Assembly (NCBI GenBank): GCA_951406725.2
Contig: OX597821.1
Span: forward strand, 13,330,001-13,394,000
DNA from: Octopus vulgaris
Lineage: Eukaryota
Direction of reading: 5' to 3'
DNA length: 64,000 nucleotides
Part shown: in pieces, positions 1-13,824 of the stretch
Layout of the letters: each line of letters begins with the position of its first letter
How positions within the stretch are numbered: position 1 is the first letter of the stretch
Position numbers and translations under genes: made by a program
The notes under the pieces: generated by a model
What the model saw: only the letters and a program-made list of their open reading frames with translations
What the model was told of the DNA's origin: nothing
Databases searched by the model: none

Positions 1-1440
1 TGGCGTTCCGAAAGGTAATGTTACTCAAGAGAAAATACTCTGGTATATCATCCCAGATTGGCTCATAACACTTCTATATTTCTGAAGCTCTCTTCAAATT
101 AACTATTGGGTCTGTCAAGATCTGAAACATACAGTGGACGATATGTTACACAAGTAGGTATATCTGTTTATGACGTACTTAACTCGTCACTCGGTTTAAC
201 ACCACCGCCTGTTCCTTGTGTGTCTTTAGCGTAGCCCATTCAGTTACAAGCATTCGGACCGGGTCTCCGATTTGAGAACATATTTCTTCCTTTCTTAATT
301 CTTAATTCACTGAAACCTGTAAAATATTATAGATAGAAACCGTCCTTCAACCTTGAGTAAGCAATAAAAAATCCTGTGTTATGTCGCATGTAAGTTTGAG
401 CTTGACAAAAGAACCAGGAGTAAGGTTTCTTAATGAATGTAAGAATATCCATTTCCCCTTCACTTGTTTCTTCTTTGTCAGCTCGAGTGACGAAGTACTT
501 TAGCCGCTGTTGTGTTTGTTACTAGATTGCAGCATATTTCTCAGGTAAGCAATTTGACTTCCCTTCTTACACAACAAACATCTAACATCTATAAATATGG
601 TTGATATTAGATTAGAGCGGCTGCCAGTAGTGGCCTTGTGTATTAGTATGCTTAACTTTGAGTCTCTTACCGCTGCAGCCAACTTAACTGCTCTGCTATT
701 TTCTGCGTCATGTTTAAAAGATAATGGGATGCCACAGTTTATAATTTATCTGCATATTGCCTTTTAAGTAGGGATGAGATCCACACAATATACATTGCGT
801 CACTTTCAGATAAAGGTGGGTGCATCTAGTTTTCAAGTTTTCTATCTTTACTGATGAGGTCCTGTTCAGCATAGGATTTCTAGCATAGGCCTCTTCTGCA
901 TCTCCACGGAGATTGCCTTATTTAATATAAATCAAATTGAACTTGAAACTAGCATGGCAGTAGTTTGTTCTGCTTCCTTCTTCCAGAAGTAACCCCTTTT
1001 GTTTTAAATTCAATCCACGGGTTATCACAGCTCTCTTTTATTTATGCTAGAATTTTTTGTCCTAGTCATTTTGGTTTCACGCTTCTTAAAATTCCTAATG
1101 GCTCACCTTTCTTTGTCATCAGTAATAATTCAGTTTTATTCTTCTGTTCTTCCATTTCATTTGAAACCTTTACTGGCGTTCGGTATTGGCAGAGTTATTT
1201 TGCGGGAGGTAAAGGATATCTCAGATATACATGACATTCTTGACCCTTCTGTATTTCTATGGAACCTGTGAGATTTTTATTAATGATTTTGTCTTCGTCT
1301 TTGTCTGTGTTTTCACCATTTTCACCTTCCATAATGTTCTGTAATAAATTCAAATACGGTTTGGCGACAGCATGAAAACGATAGAGTAAATTTCTTCTTT
1401 CTTCTATCTTCTTCTGTCGAGTTACTGATTTCATAGTTTT
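1..1440 (-). mobile_element. Heavily decayed coding-like relic, possibly non-LTR retrotransposon ORF1 (gag-like)
   Basis: Non-repetitive, stop-riddled minus-strand frames with fragments (LIPT..., NCGIP, KLAAAV, KVEGR) in a layout loosely like the ORF1 relic near 24 kb. No intact domain is visible. Confidence 0.25.
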
Positions 1441-1542
1441 CCAAGGCGTCTACAATTAAATTATTATCCAGACATTGTTTGGCCATAATTTATACAGTGA
1501 GGAAAAAAAGACAAATTTCTTTCACTTCCTCATTTCGCCATT

Positions 1543-1775
1543 TTGTTGTTGCTGTTGGTGCTGATGCTGCAGCTGTTGTTGTTGTTGTTGTTGTTGTTGT
1601 TGCTACTGCTGCTACTGTTATCATCATCTTCATTATCGTCATCATCATCATCGTCATCATCATCATGGTCGTCATTGTCATCGTCAACATCATCATCATC
1701 GACCTCATCACTATCGACATCATCATCATCATCATCATCATCATCAACGACATCATCATCATCATCATCAACGAT

Positions 1776-1809
<34 letters not shown>

Positions 1810-1834
1810 ACGATATCATCATCATCATCAATGA

Positions 1835-1866
<32 letters not shown>

Positions 1867-1884
1867 ACGACATCATCATCATAA
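1543..1884. repeat. Compound (GTT)n/(CAT)n microsatellite
   Basis: Direct reading; it explains the poly-V/I/M/S ORFs here. Confidence 0.95.
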
Positions 1885-2067
1885 CAGGTTTGTCTCCCTT
1901 ACTTTTGTATGAGTCTCTATTGTACCACCTGATGCATCTCCATGTTCCTGATGTGTGCACGGCATTGTGTCCTTATTTATGTGGGAATTCGAGGAGTGTA
2001 CACACCTCGTGTTTGGTGCATTGTACTCTTACTTTCGCTATGGGCCTTAGTTTGTTGCTACTCATTA

Positions 2068-2210
2068 TATTGGCTTCAAAATGTATGGCGCAAGGCCAGC
2101 AAGATTGAGGGAAGCGTAAGCCGATTACATCGACCCCTTACTCAACTGGCACATATTTTATAGACCCTGAAAGGGGGGAATATAAATTGGACCTCAGCGG
2201 AACATTTTAT
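2068..2210 (-). mobile_element. SINE family B, partial 3' portion
   Basis: Reverse complement of the B body/tail (ttcaaa..ggcacaaggccagcaa...cgattacatcgacccc). Confidence 0.7.
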
Positions 2211-2239
2211 GTTATGGTACTCTGAGTTCTGTTGTGTGC

Positions 2240-2302
<63 letters not shown>

Positions 2303-2306
2303 TCCA

Positions 2307-2500
2307 TGGCAGAATCGTTAGCGCACCGGGCGAAATGCTTAGCGGCATTTCTTCTGCCTTTACGTTCTGAGTTCAAATTCAGCGGGGGTCGACTTTGCCT
2401 TTCATCCTTTTAGGGGGTCGATAAAATAAGTATCAGTTGAACTCTGGGATCGAAGTAACCCTTCCACCGAAATTGCTGACCTTGTGACAAATTTTGAAAC
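2307..2500 (+). mobile_element. tRNA-derived SINE family B
   Basis: A-box-like tggcagaatcgtta and B-box gagttcaaattc, then gcctttcatcct..ggggtcgataaaataagta (resembles a Meta/Sauria-type central domain). More than ten copies in the window. Confidence 0.85.
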
Positions 2501-3550
2501 TATTATTATTATTATTATTACCATAAATTTTATGATTTAATTATTTATATTTAATTATGGACTATGCGTAGAAATTGCCGATAGAAATAAGGTTTTAAGG
2601 ATAATTACGAAAGAAGAAATTTCGTTATTTTATTCGTTACGAATAAAATAAAGAGAAACAATAAGAGGAAAACTGATTTTAAAAGCAGTGATTTTGTTTT
2701 TAAAATTATTAAATTTTCACTATCTTTATTAAAACTTTACATCAAAAATTTCACTGTACAAATAAAAGTATTAATATCTAACGTCTATCAAGCTAATTAT
2801 TAGACTAATGCTTTCAGTCATGCAAAAACTTAAATATTATCATTATTGTTGCTAACAATTTTATGAGTGTAAAAGAAATATTGGTGTTACTACTGATTAA
2901 CCGAGATATTAATTCAAAGTTTAGAAATAAAAATAAAGATAATTATGCAAATATTTTTTCGTTACCACGTGGTGTCTACGAGAGAACAAGCAATATAAAA
3001 ACAGAAAAATAACAAGGTGTAAATATGATGCCATGGAAAAATAAATACATAAATGAATATAAAAATAAAACAAAAGAATGAAATAGCGAATTACCTTAGT
3101 CTTCTTTGTATTGTAACTTACCTTGTTTAAAACATTGTAAACGTTTTATAATATTTTATTTCTACGTCAGAATAAATATTTAACTTCTTCAAAAAATTGA
3201 AACTGTGTTTTATTGTTAACAAATGTTTATGGCTTGAAAGTATTAACCGCTTGCCTGTCCAAATTCCCCATCATTATCTCCAAGTGGTTCTGTCCTTCAT
3301 GACATATTGAGGTCTTTTATTTGTAAATCGAATTCACAAGAGCGATGGATAATGTATATAATTCTGAGTCGGTGAACATGAGAAATAATCTTGGCTCAGA
3401 ATCCACAAAAAGAACTCAAATTTTGTCTTTCCTCCGTTAGCAGGGACCAGCATATCTTGTCTTCTGCTCTCGAATAATCGATGGTATGACTATCCAAAGT
3501 ATTTACATAACTAGTCCGAAACACCCATACTTTTTACAAATTTTTAATCA

Positions 3551-3955
3551 GGCGCAGGAGTGGCTGTGTGGTAAGTAGCTTGCTTACCAACTACATGGTT
3601 CAGGGTTCAGTACCACTGCGTGGCACCTTGGGCAAGTGTCTTCTACTATAACCTCGGGCCGACCAAAGCCTTCTGAGTGGATTTGGTAGACGGAAACTGA
3701 AAGAAGCCCGTCGTATATATGTATATATATATGTGTGTGTGTGTCTGTGTTTGTCCCCCTAGCATTGCTTGACAACCGATGCTGGTGTGTTTATGTCCCC
3801 GTCACTTAGTGGTTCGGCAAAAGAGACCGATAGAATAAATACTGGGCTTACAAAGAATAAGTCCCGGGGTCGAGTTGCTCGATTAAAGGCGGTGCTCCAG
3901 CATGGCCGCAGTCAAATGACTGAAACAAGTAAAAGAGTAAAAGAGAATAAAGAGA
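3551..3955 (+). mobile_element. tRNA-derived SINE family A, full length
   Basis: Head ggcgcaggagtggctgtgtggtaag...gggttcagt, CORE-like gtggcaccttgggcaagtg, internal (TA)/(TG) tract, tail cagcatggccgcagtcaaatgactgaaacaag(taaaagag)n. About 16 copies in the window. Confidence 0.9.
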
Positions 3956-4332
3956 ATCCTTGTTTCATATGTTCTCAGTAGTATAAAGCTTGATGATGGT
4001 GGTGATGGTGGAGGTGGTGAAGGATCACAAGTCTAGTCAGTTCCTAGATGCGGAAGTCATAATATAGCAGTGGTAGAAAAACCAGTGAGAGAAAAACAGC
4101 ACGGTTGTAGGCCAGAGGCGGGAGTATGTCGTACGTGAGTGACTGTGTGCCAACCAATTGAGGGCCTTTCTCTGTCTGTGATCAGCATCGTTATTAATTA
4201 GGGAACAACACAAACATCCTACTGAGCTTTATAGAATAACAAGAAATGTTGAGTGGCGCTAGGTCAGGTTTTGGGATGACGTTATATCCAGCTATGTTAA
4301 GGATTTGCTTCAGCCGTGGGGAATACTCGGTA

Positions 4333-4551
4333 TATTGATTTCAAATTTTGACACTAGGCCAGCAATTTCGGGGTAGATGGTAAGTCGATTACATCGACAG
4401 TAGTGCTGAAATGTTACTTATTTTATCGACCTCGAAAGGATGAAATACAAAGTCGACCTCGGCGAAATTTGAACTCAGAACATTAAAGACGGACTAAATG
4501 CCGCTAAGCACTTTGTCCGGCGTTCGTAACGACTCGTCCAGCTCGCTGCTT
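4333..4551 (-). mobile_element. SINE family B
   Basis: Full-length reverse-complement copy. Confidence 0.85.
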
Positions 4552-4960
4552 TAATTCTCAGAAATACTGAGGCCTAACAGTCTGGGGGACCATTAGGGGT
4601 TTAATTGCCAGTTGTTCAACTTTAAGGGAAGTGCCGTGCCATTATTTTTTTCTTAATATTATTTGTTAGTGCTTGTAATTGTTGGGGTTTATATTTGATT
4701 CGATATAGTTTTTATGGTGAATACGTTTGGTCATGTTTGGTCACAGAAGAGAACATTATTGTGAACACAAACAATATATTAAAGAGACATTTTTTTGATA
4801 ATCTTTATCATTAGTCTAGGGCTTTGGTAGAGATTTTCCTCGGTACCGGACGCATGAATCTTAGAGAGGCTGCATCAATAAAGACTGAGATTCACAATTC
4901 TCAGACATATTATTGGTTCTGAATTGATTCCTTTAAAATCTTATAAATTGTTTGCTTATA

Positions 4961-5290
4961 AGGCGCATGGCTCAGTGGTTTGAGCATCGAGCTCACGGTC
5001 ATGAGGTTGTGAGTTCGATTTCTGGACCTGGTTGTGTGTTATATTCTTGAGCAAGACACTTTATTTGACATTGTTCCAGTTCACTCAGCTGTAGAAATGA
5101 GTTGCGACGTCACTGGTGCCAAACTGTATCGGCCCCTTTGCCTTTCCCTTGGATAACATCAATGGCGTAGAGGGGAGAGACTGGTATGCATGGGTGACTT
5201 CTAGCCTTCCATAAAAAGCAAACCTCGGAGAGTTGCTTTTAAGTGCAATGTCATGGTCATTCATGACCGAAGGGGGTCTTTACTCTTTAC
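4961..5290 (+). mobile_element. tRNA-derived SINE family D
   Basis: A box tggctcagtgg, B box gagttcgattt, then ttcttgagcaagacact...ccagttcactcagctgtagaaatgagt (resembles a conserved SINE central domain). Confidence 0.75.
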
Positions 5291-5544
5291 GTCGTAGTTA
5301 TTGTTGTTCTTGTAAGTTATTGTTGTTGTATTTATTACTGTTTGTTTTGTTGTTGTTCTTCTTATTCTTATTCTTTTTCTTCTTCTTTTTCTTCTTCTTC
5401 TGGCTGCTGCTGCTGTTATTATTGCTCTTGTTTTTGACTCTGTTTCTACTGCTGTGCAACTCTGTCTAAACTATTGCGATACGCTAGCTATAACAACTTG
5501 GTGAGAGAATTGAATGGTGAATAAGTGGGGCTTCTCTGACTGAA

Positions 5545-5812
5545 TAAATTACAGTATTTACATTTGACGGGTATTTGAGCTCATCTTGTTTGTTGTTAAC
5601 ACAACGTTTCGACTGATATACCCTCCAGCCTTCTTCAGGTGTCTTGGAGAAATTTCGAACCGGGGTTCTCATTCCTAAGATATTTTTCTGTGTTATTATT
5701 ATTGTTATTGTTGTTGTTATTTTTATTATCATTATTATTATTATTATTACTATTATGCAGGTCACTGCTTGGAATCGAACTCGGAATCTTGACCACTACG
5801 CCGTATGACCGT
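5545..5812 (-). mobile_element. tRNA-headed short element with (AAT)n spacer and hammerhead-containing 3' part
   Basis: Minus strand: ggcgtagtgg (A box), gagttcgattcc (B box), (aat)n spacer, then the HHR motif at 5598-5643. Confidence 0.65.
5598..5643 (-). ncRNA. Minimal type I hammerhead ribozyme (PLE-type)
   Basis: GACAC-CUGAAGA-A-GGCUG(gaggguauau)CAGUC-GAAA-CGU-U/GUGUU: stem I GACAC:GUGUU, 5-bp stem II, palindromic ACGU stem III. Confidence 0.75.
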
Positions 5813-5852
5813 ATTTAATTGAAACGTTGCGTTTTATTTTAAATAGTTTGTT

Positions 5853-6265
5853 GTGGCTGTGTGGTAAGTAGCTTGCTTACCAACCGCATGGTTCCGGGTT
5901 CAGTCCCATGCGTGGCACCTTCGAAAAGGGTCTTCTACTATAGCCTCGGGTCGACCAAAGCCTTCTGAGTGGATTTGGTAGACGGAAACTGAAAGAAGCC
6001 CGTCGTATACATGTATATTTATATGTGTGTTTGTGTGTGTTTGTGTGTGTTTGTGCGTCTGTGTTTGTCACCCTAACGTCGCTTGACAACCGATGCTGGT
6101 GTGTTTACGTCCTCGTAACTTAGCGGTTCGGCAAAAGGGACCGATAGAATAAGTACTAGGCTTCCAAAGAATAAGTCCTGGGGTCGATTTACTCGACTAA
6201 AGGCGGTGCTCCAGCAATGCCGCAGTCAAACGACTGAAACAAGTAGAAGAGAGAGTAAAGGAGAG
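5853..6265 (+). mobile_element. SINE family A
   Basis: High similarity to 3551-3955. Confidence 0.9.
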
Positions 6266-6425
6266 ACTAGTATTCATTTTCTGTTGAACGGACTGAAAAG
6301 AGTGTGAAATTATGTATTTTTCTCAAAAACACAACTTGCCAACTGGAATGTGAACCGAAACCACGGCCTTGTGGTCAGGAGACCAACACTCCCACATACT
6401 AAACTATCTTACTTTATCCTTCATC

Positions 6426-6830
6426 TTTTATTTTTTACTTGTTTCAGTTACTAGACTGCGGTCATGCTGGGGCACCACCTTGAAAGATTTTAATCGAATG
6501 AATCAACCCCAGTATTTAATTTTGTGAGCCTGTTATTTATTCTATCGATGTCTTTTTTCCGAACCGCAAAGTTACGGGGACATGAACACACCAGCACCAG
6601 CTGCAAAGCGGTATGGGTGGGGAGACAAACACATACACAAAGGCACACACACACACACACACACACATGTATACAAGACAGGCTTTTTTCCTCTACCAAA
6701 TTCATTCTCATGGCTCTTCGGCCCGAGACTATACTAGAAGACACTTGCCCAAGGTGTCAAGCAGTGGAATTGAACCCTGAACCATATGGTTCTGAAGTAA
6801 ACTTCTTACCATACACCCATGCCTTCGCCT
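6426..6830 (-). mobile_element. SINE family A, diverged
   Basis: Reverse-complement copy with the same motif order. Confidence 0.8.
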
Positions 6831-7649
6831 ACTTATGCTATTCTTTTTTTTAATTTTTAAAAATATATTATTCCTTGAATGTCATCGATCTCACAATATT
6901 CCCATGCGACCGTCAGGTCCTAATATCTTTTCCTATATTTCATATATTCAATTTTCCTTATATTTAGTTTATCTATTTATCTAATTTTTTTACATTTTTA
7001 CATTTATTCGTTTCTTATTTTGCTCTCTTGTTGACGTGTTTGATGTGGGCGGAAGTAAGGCAAAGCGTTATTAAATGGAGTTTTCAACTTTGAAGTCACT
7101 TCGTGACTTATTTTACATAGAGATTCATATCAACTTATTTATCATCTGAGTGAAATGGCGAATTCAGCTTAATATAATTTTTAATTTAGAATTTTGAGTC
7201 GGCAGCAGGTTTCATGAAGTGAAATTTGTTTTTCTAAAACGCGCTCCTTAGTCTTCAGATGTCAAACACATAAATAAAACCCATGCGAGATAAAAGAAAA
7301 AAATTACTTCAACGCGTCTATGCTGTCACCTACAATACATGCTTCTGAAGATAATCCGTCGTTTATGTGCATCATTTCAGGTGAATTTCATCTGTTCTCT
7401 ACGCCATGTTTTATGTTTATCTTTTATTTTAGATTTTATTTATTTTTACCGAGCAAAATATTTACAAAGGATCACAGGACTCCTAGTATTCGCCAAAATA
7501 AATCAGATATGCATTCATATACACGCATTTCAAAAGGAAAATATAAATCCCAATATGCAGACTCCATCTATAGAATAAGCAATTGATATTGGTCTTTTGG
7601 GGATTTTCTTTTTATGTCTATATTGAGTTTATTATTAATATTATTATTA

Positions 7650-7732
<83 letters not shown>

Positions 7733-7736
<4 letters not shown>

Positions 7737-7920
7737 GTTTGACTTTTGCTTTATATTTGTACAAGTTGGCTCCAAGTCTCACCCGGAGACCTCAAGAGAC
7801 AACAGGTTGGAAGTTCACGTTGTTGCTATGCCTAGTGTGCCATATATTTGGTTGTTTTTTGTGTTGTACTGGTGGATGTCTAAAAAAAAATGTTTGTTTT
7901 AAACCTTGAGATTACATAGA
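7733..7920 (-). mobile_element. 3' UTR of an R4/Dong-type LINE embedded in (ATT)n
   Basis: Reverse complement of roughly 19980-20181; long (ATT)n tracts on both sides (7630-8165). Confidence 0.75.
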
Positions 7921-7944
7921 AAGTATTATTATCATTACATAGAA

Positions 7945-8060
<116 letters not shown>

Positions 8061-8071
8061 CGTTATTATTC

Positions 8072-8147
<76 letters not shown>

Positions 8148-10108
8148 CATTATTATTATTTTTACAGTGATACTAATTTCATAATATTTTTGTCTAGAAA
8201 AACGCTAAAATTATTGAGTTACTATTTTCTGTGCACCACTAGCTTGAAAGAGTTGGAACAAACGACTAACAACTGAAAATATGAGCAAAAAATAGTTGTA
8301 CTCAATACATAGAGTAGCTTATTCGTATGTTCTTTGCCTGAACCCACGCATATAAAAGTGAGAAACTCGGAATGGCGAACGTGTGATCAATCTGCGGTTG
8401 AGCATGACTCGAGGAGGCTGTCAATTTTGTCATATATGTGCGTATACGTGCGCTATATACGCATGCCTGGATCTCTGCCTGTGTGAGTGTGTATGTATGT
8501 GTGTGCGTGTACACGCAATGCAATCCGTTACCCTGCGAGGAGAACATACCAACCCATTATATGAAAGACTATTGGATGAATGTTAACTTCAATGCCTTTG
8601 TAAAATGTAGGCATGACTACCTAGACATATTTTCGAATTCAGACACAAGACCAGTAATTTCGGTAAGAGACTATTAGTCGTTAACTTTGACGCTAGTACT
8701 TGACTGGTACTGTATTTCAATGGACCCGAAGGAATGATTAGCAAAATTCATCTCAGCAAGATTTATACTCAGAACTCAAGTGCCGGAAGAAAATACAGCA
8801 AAATAGGTATTTTTCGGAGGCTTTAACGATTCTAATAGATCGCCGCGATTGATAGACCGGACAAAATCATATGGCAAAGAGAAAAATGTGTTCAGAATAG
8901 GAAATTAATTTCAACAGATTTCTAAATTAACTTGTTTCAGTCATCGAACTGCGGTGATGCTGAGGTACCGCTCTTACATTATTCCAAATAATTACTGGAA
9001 ATGAAAACTTCTATGCCGAACTGATGAGAAATCCGTTGGTGTTCCATTAGGACTATCGTGTTAAATTTATAGATGTAACTATTAGATCAATTGGATAGGT
9101 AACTAATAGCTCCAGCACCAATATTCAGAAACTGGACTTCACAAAACGTAGCTAATGATAGAATTATTGCTTCGCACCCTGAATGGAATTGTGAAAACAT
9201 GAGAAACATTCCAGAATATTAGCATACATTATATGTATTTACACATGCGTAAACTTGCAAATCTATGGTTTTGAACACATATTTGGATGAAAACATAGAG
9301 CTACATATGCGATGGCCTCATGCTTAGCCACATACAGGAACATAGGTGTCATTTGAAAGCAAGGAAACTGCCGTGTTTACAGGAATTATTTGGGGTACAT
9401 AGATAAGTGCGAAGAGGTAGAGGCATTTTCTTAGTCCTCACTTTTCAGCCAGCAGTATATCCAGGATGTTGTAGCTGGGGAGAGACAGACACAGAGGGGT
9501 GGGAACGAGCAGAGCACCATCGCTCGACTGCTCATAAATTTCAGTTGAATAAACCGGGGCGACCTGAAACGAAGTACCATTCTCAATGACATAACGCACC
9601 ACCTCGTCAGGAGATCGAACCAATTACTCAATGACCGGAAGGCCCAAACCAATAACCATTAAACCCTACGCTCTTTCAATCCACATACATGTGTTCAGAC
9701 GAATGCATACATATATATAAAAACTCACATATACGTACTATATATATCAACATTCATACACATACATACGCACATATATTTGTCTATATATGTTTATGTA
9801 TATATGCGAGTGAGTATGTGTTTATGTATATGGGTGCAGTTATTTTTAATAAGATACTTCATATACCATTCTTCCATATTTTAATTGGAACCATAAAGTT
9901 CCCAGGTCAATCGATGATTCAAGATATTCCTCGTTTTATCTTGTGGAGAAAATGGTTGGTTATTACTGATGTTTGTTAAATATGTATCTTGTTTGGAAAA
10001 ATCAACGTAGCTTAATAAGTTACCTCTAAAATATGCATATATACATATGTATATATGTGCATATATGTGCTTGAGTATGAGCATGTATATGTATACAACA
10101 AATATATT

Positions 10109-10141
<33 letters not shown>

Positions 10142-10373
10142 TTCTATAAACATCAATAAATTCACGTGTGTTCATATTCACTTGTGAGTATAATATTTTT
10201 ACATACGCTTATCATAAATGCGTGTATGCGGGCTTGTGTATGTGTGTGTATCTGCATATGTGTATATATATATATATGTGTGTGTGCGGGTATGTGTGTT
10301 TGTGTGTGTAGATATATATAAATATATGTATATGTATATATTTATTCATCGATCTATCTATCTATATATATAT

Positions 10374-10447
<74 letters not shown>

Positions 10448-10690
10448 TATGTATGTATTTATTCATCTCTCTCTCTCTCTCTCTCTCACAGCTCATTAGC
10501 TGAAACTGGAAAAATCAAAATCAAAATCATATATACACATACATATGCTATATATATACGCACACACTAACATACACATATATATGTACATATGTATTAA
10601 TATATACCTGTATGATATTATATATATGTGTGTATACGGGTGAAGGATTTTAATAACTATTAGTGGTATTGTTATTATTATTATTATTAT

Positions 10691-10945
<255 letters not shown>

Positions 10946-12859
10946 TAGCAGTAATTTTACAATCGATGAAGTAATACTGAAATGTTTTTTTATTTGATGT
11001 ATTTTAATTTTTTTCCTCCATTTCTTTCATTAAAAGAAAAAAAAACCGTTGCCTTAAAGTAACGAGATGACATTTCATTTAGCTAAAAATTACATGTCTT
11101 ATAATATTAACAGACATACACTAAACATGATATATTCTTTTGCACATTATATACATACTAACACAATTTATGATCGCACTTGCCTCTCACACACTCTTAA
11201 ACACTCCTCCATATAATCTGTACCTGTATTGTTGTTGTTGATATGTGTGGAAGATAGGGGGCAGTATATGCACATACATACAAACACTCAGATATGTGTG
11301 CATGTATGTACTTATGTATGTATTTATGTATGTATTATGTACTTGTGTATGTATGTATATGTATATCTGTATGTATTTATGTATTATGTATTTGTGTGTA
11401 TGTATATGTATATCTCTGTGTATTTATGCATGTATGTATTTGTGTGTGTATGTATATGTATATCTCTGTGTATTTATGCATGTATGTATTTGTGTGTGTA
11501 TGTATATGTCTATGTATATCTGTATGTACTTATATATGTATGTATTTCTGTGTGTATGTACATGTATATCTGTATGTATATATGTGTGTGTATGTATGTA
11601 TGTACGTATGTATATGTATATCTGTACGTATTTATGCATGTATGTATGTATGTAAGTATTTATGTACTTTTTATGTATGTGTGAATCTATGTATGTATTT
11701 GTGTGTGTGTGTGTGTGTGTGTATGTATATGCATATATGAATGCATTTATGTATGCTTATACGCATATATGTATGAATATAGAGAAAGGTTTTTAGAGAG
11801 AGAGAGACAGATATATATATAGAGGGAGACAGTTATATGGAAAGAGATGGTTAGATGGATGGATGGATGGATATACTGGTGAATATATAGATGAAAATTG
11901 TATGTTTTACGTATACACATACGTGGTGGTAATTCCCACTAGAAACTATATTTCCTATTACTTGCGCTGCAGTTATACGGCAATTTGTAGGTTGTTTGGT
12001 GCAATATTGGGAATGAAGGGAGAAAAGAAAGAAGAAAGAAATGAGAAAAGGGACGAAAGAAAGAAAAAGGGAAAAAAGGGAAAATGTAAAACAAAGAGAA
12101 TGGGAGAACTGGTTGTAATGAAGGAAATTGGGAAGGGATTATATAAATGAAGGCAAGAAAGAATATGTAGGAATTAAAAACTACTGTATTTAATTGTATT
12201 GGAAATTATAAGAAAAAATGCTCGAGAGGAAACGTGGGTGAGAGACAGACAGACAGACAGAGAAAGAGAGATAGACAGATAGAGACAGACAGACAAAGAG
12301 ACGGACAGACAGAAACAGAGACATAGACAGAGGGAGAGAGAATGAGGCAGATAGTCAAACAGGCAGACAGACTGAGTGAAAGACACTGAGAGAGAGAGAG
12401 AGTGCCAGACAGACAGACAGGCAAGCAGACAGGCAGACAGAGAAAGAATATATTGTTCCTATTGAAACTAAATATCATTAAGAAATTTTGTTTTAAAATT
12501 TTGGTTGTATCGTTAAGAATTAAGAAGTTCTCTCCGCAGTCATGTGGTTTTGGGTTCAGTCTCACTGCACAGTACCTTGGGCAAGCATATTCTACTGCGA
12601 ATGACTTTAGCAGATGGAATGTCTTTTTACTTTCTTACCGCTTGTCGTTCTCTCTCTCCCTCTGTCTCTCTTCTCCCCCCTCTCTCCTTCTCTTTGTTCT
12701 CTCTCTCTGTCTCTCTCTCTCTCTCTCTTTCTCTTTCTTTCTGAAAGATATCGATAGTGAACAGACTTGGTAAGTTGTAAAGGTGCCCACGTTAAAACCA
12801 AATGTCAGGACTGCAGATCCCATGTCTTCACTTTGTGACCCCCCAAAAAATAAATGACA

Positions 12860-13500
12860 ATATTCTGTTACATAACAGAAATACTAATTAAAAAAACTCA
12901 AGTACAACAATTCCATTATTCCAACAATCACCCTTCCCTTCAGTGCCAAAAAATATTTTGTCCCCTATAACATCTGAAGCACATAAAAGGGTAATGTATC
13001 CATTTCTAGAATGATGCTACTACTTGGCACTCAAGCCTTCCACGATTGCATCCAGAGAAGAGCATGTCTACTAAATGATATTAAATTTCTAACGGGCATA
13101 TTCCAGCATCTGACTCACAGGCGGCTTATCTCCGTTCTTTTTACGTTCTGTCGCGGTTATCATGACATCTGTTCCCGGAGCTCGCTCGTCTCGTACGCCC
13201 ACCATTTAAGCGCCCCAATTCACTTGTCTTTCCACTTAATATCACTCATGGTACATTTAATTCCTAGACCTCAAACTAGCCATTATACCAATCCCTCTCT
13301 TCATAGAACATCAACCCCGTAGAACCATTTTTCTGCTCATGGCTTTTCTGCGTGTGATGATCTACAAGTGTTTAAACGAAAAATTAACAATATCATGCTC
13401 ACTAGTCTCGGAGGTTCGGCAAAGGCCATGAGCAATGCCGCTTCCGCGAGACTCAACAAGTTAAGGATGCTTCCTTCCTAGGATTTTAACCGTCTGGAAG
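12860..13500 (+). mobile_element. Decayed CR1-group (Zenon-like) LINE ORF2 C-terminus
   Basis: Frames give DCIQRRACLL...LTHRR...YHDICS / ELARLVRPP / IPRPQTSHY...HRTS..*N...DLQVFKRKINNI, matching the C-terminal pattern of CR1-group ORF2. Confidence 0.6.
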
Positions 13501-13515
13501 ATTTGTAGGGGTGCT

Positions 13516-13824
13516 GTTTGTTTTTTTGTTCCTTCTCGAGCCATGCCTGGCTCATAAGGGCCGGTTTCCAGGTTTCCTTGACGTATAGGTTCCCCACCTG
13601 GATAGGACGCCGGTCCGTCGCAGTTGAGCTGCAAGATGCAGGAGGAAAGAGTGAAAGAAAGTTGTGGCGAAAGTGTCAGCAGAAGTTCGCCATTACCTTC
13701 TGCCGGAGCCGCGTGGAGCTTAGGTGTTTCGCTCATAAACACACACGTCGCCCAGACTGAGATTCAAACGCGCGACCCCTCGACCGCGAGTCCGCTGCTC
13801 TAGCCACTAGGCCATGTGCCTCCA
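13516..13824 (-). mobile_element. tRNA-derived SINE family C, tail type 1
   Basis: Head ggaggcacatggcctagtgg...gcggactcgcggtcg...gagcgaaacacctaagctccacg; tail tgcgacggaccggcgtcctatccagg...ggctcgagaaggaac. Confidence 0.8.

Noticed and set aside
851-857. CTGATGA as a hammerhead core (also 9021-9027)
   Set aside because: No correctly placed stem II, GAAA and closing stem I.
1479-2108. 209-aa ORF ending in a signal-peptide-like MGLSLLLLIILASKCMAQGQQD
   Set aside because: Mostly translated microsatellite, and the C-terminus runs into an antisense SINE B tail.
3551-3625. tRNA genes at SINE heads
   Set aside because: They have A/B boxes but continue into multi-copy SINE bodies, and I cannot draw full cloverleafs.
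9400-9660. Possible L1/Tx1-like RT traces (also 4070-4330)
   Set aside because: Only faint motif resemblance across frameshifts; not supportable without a profile search.
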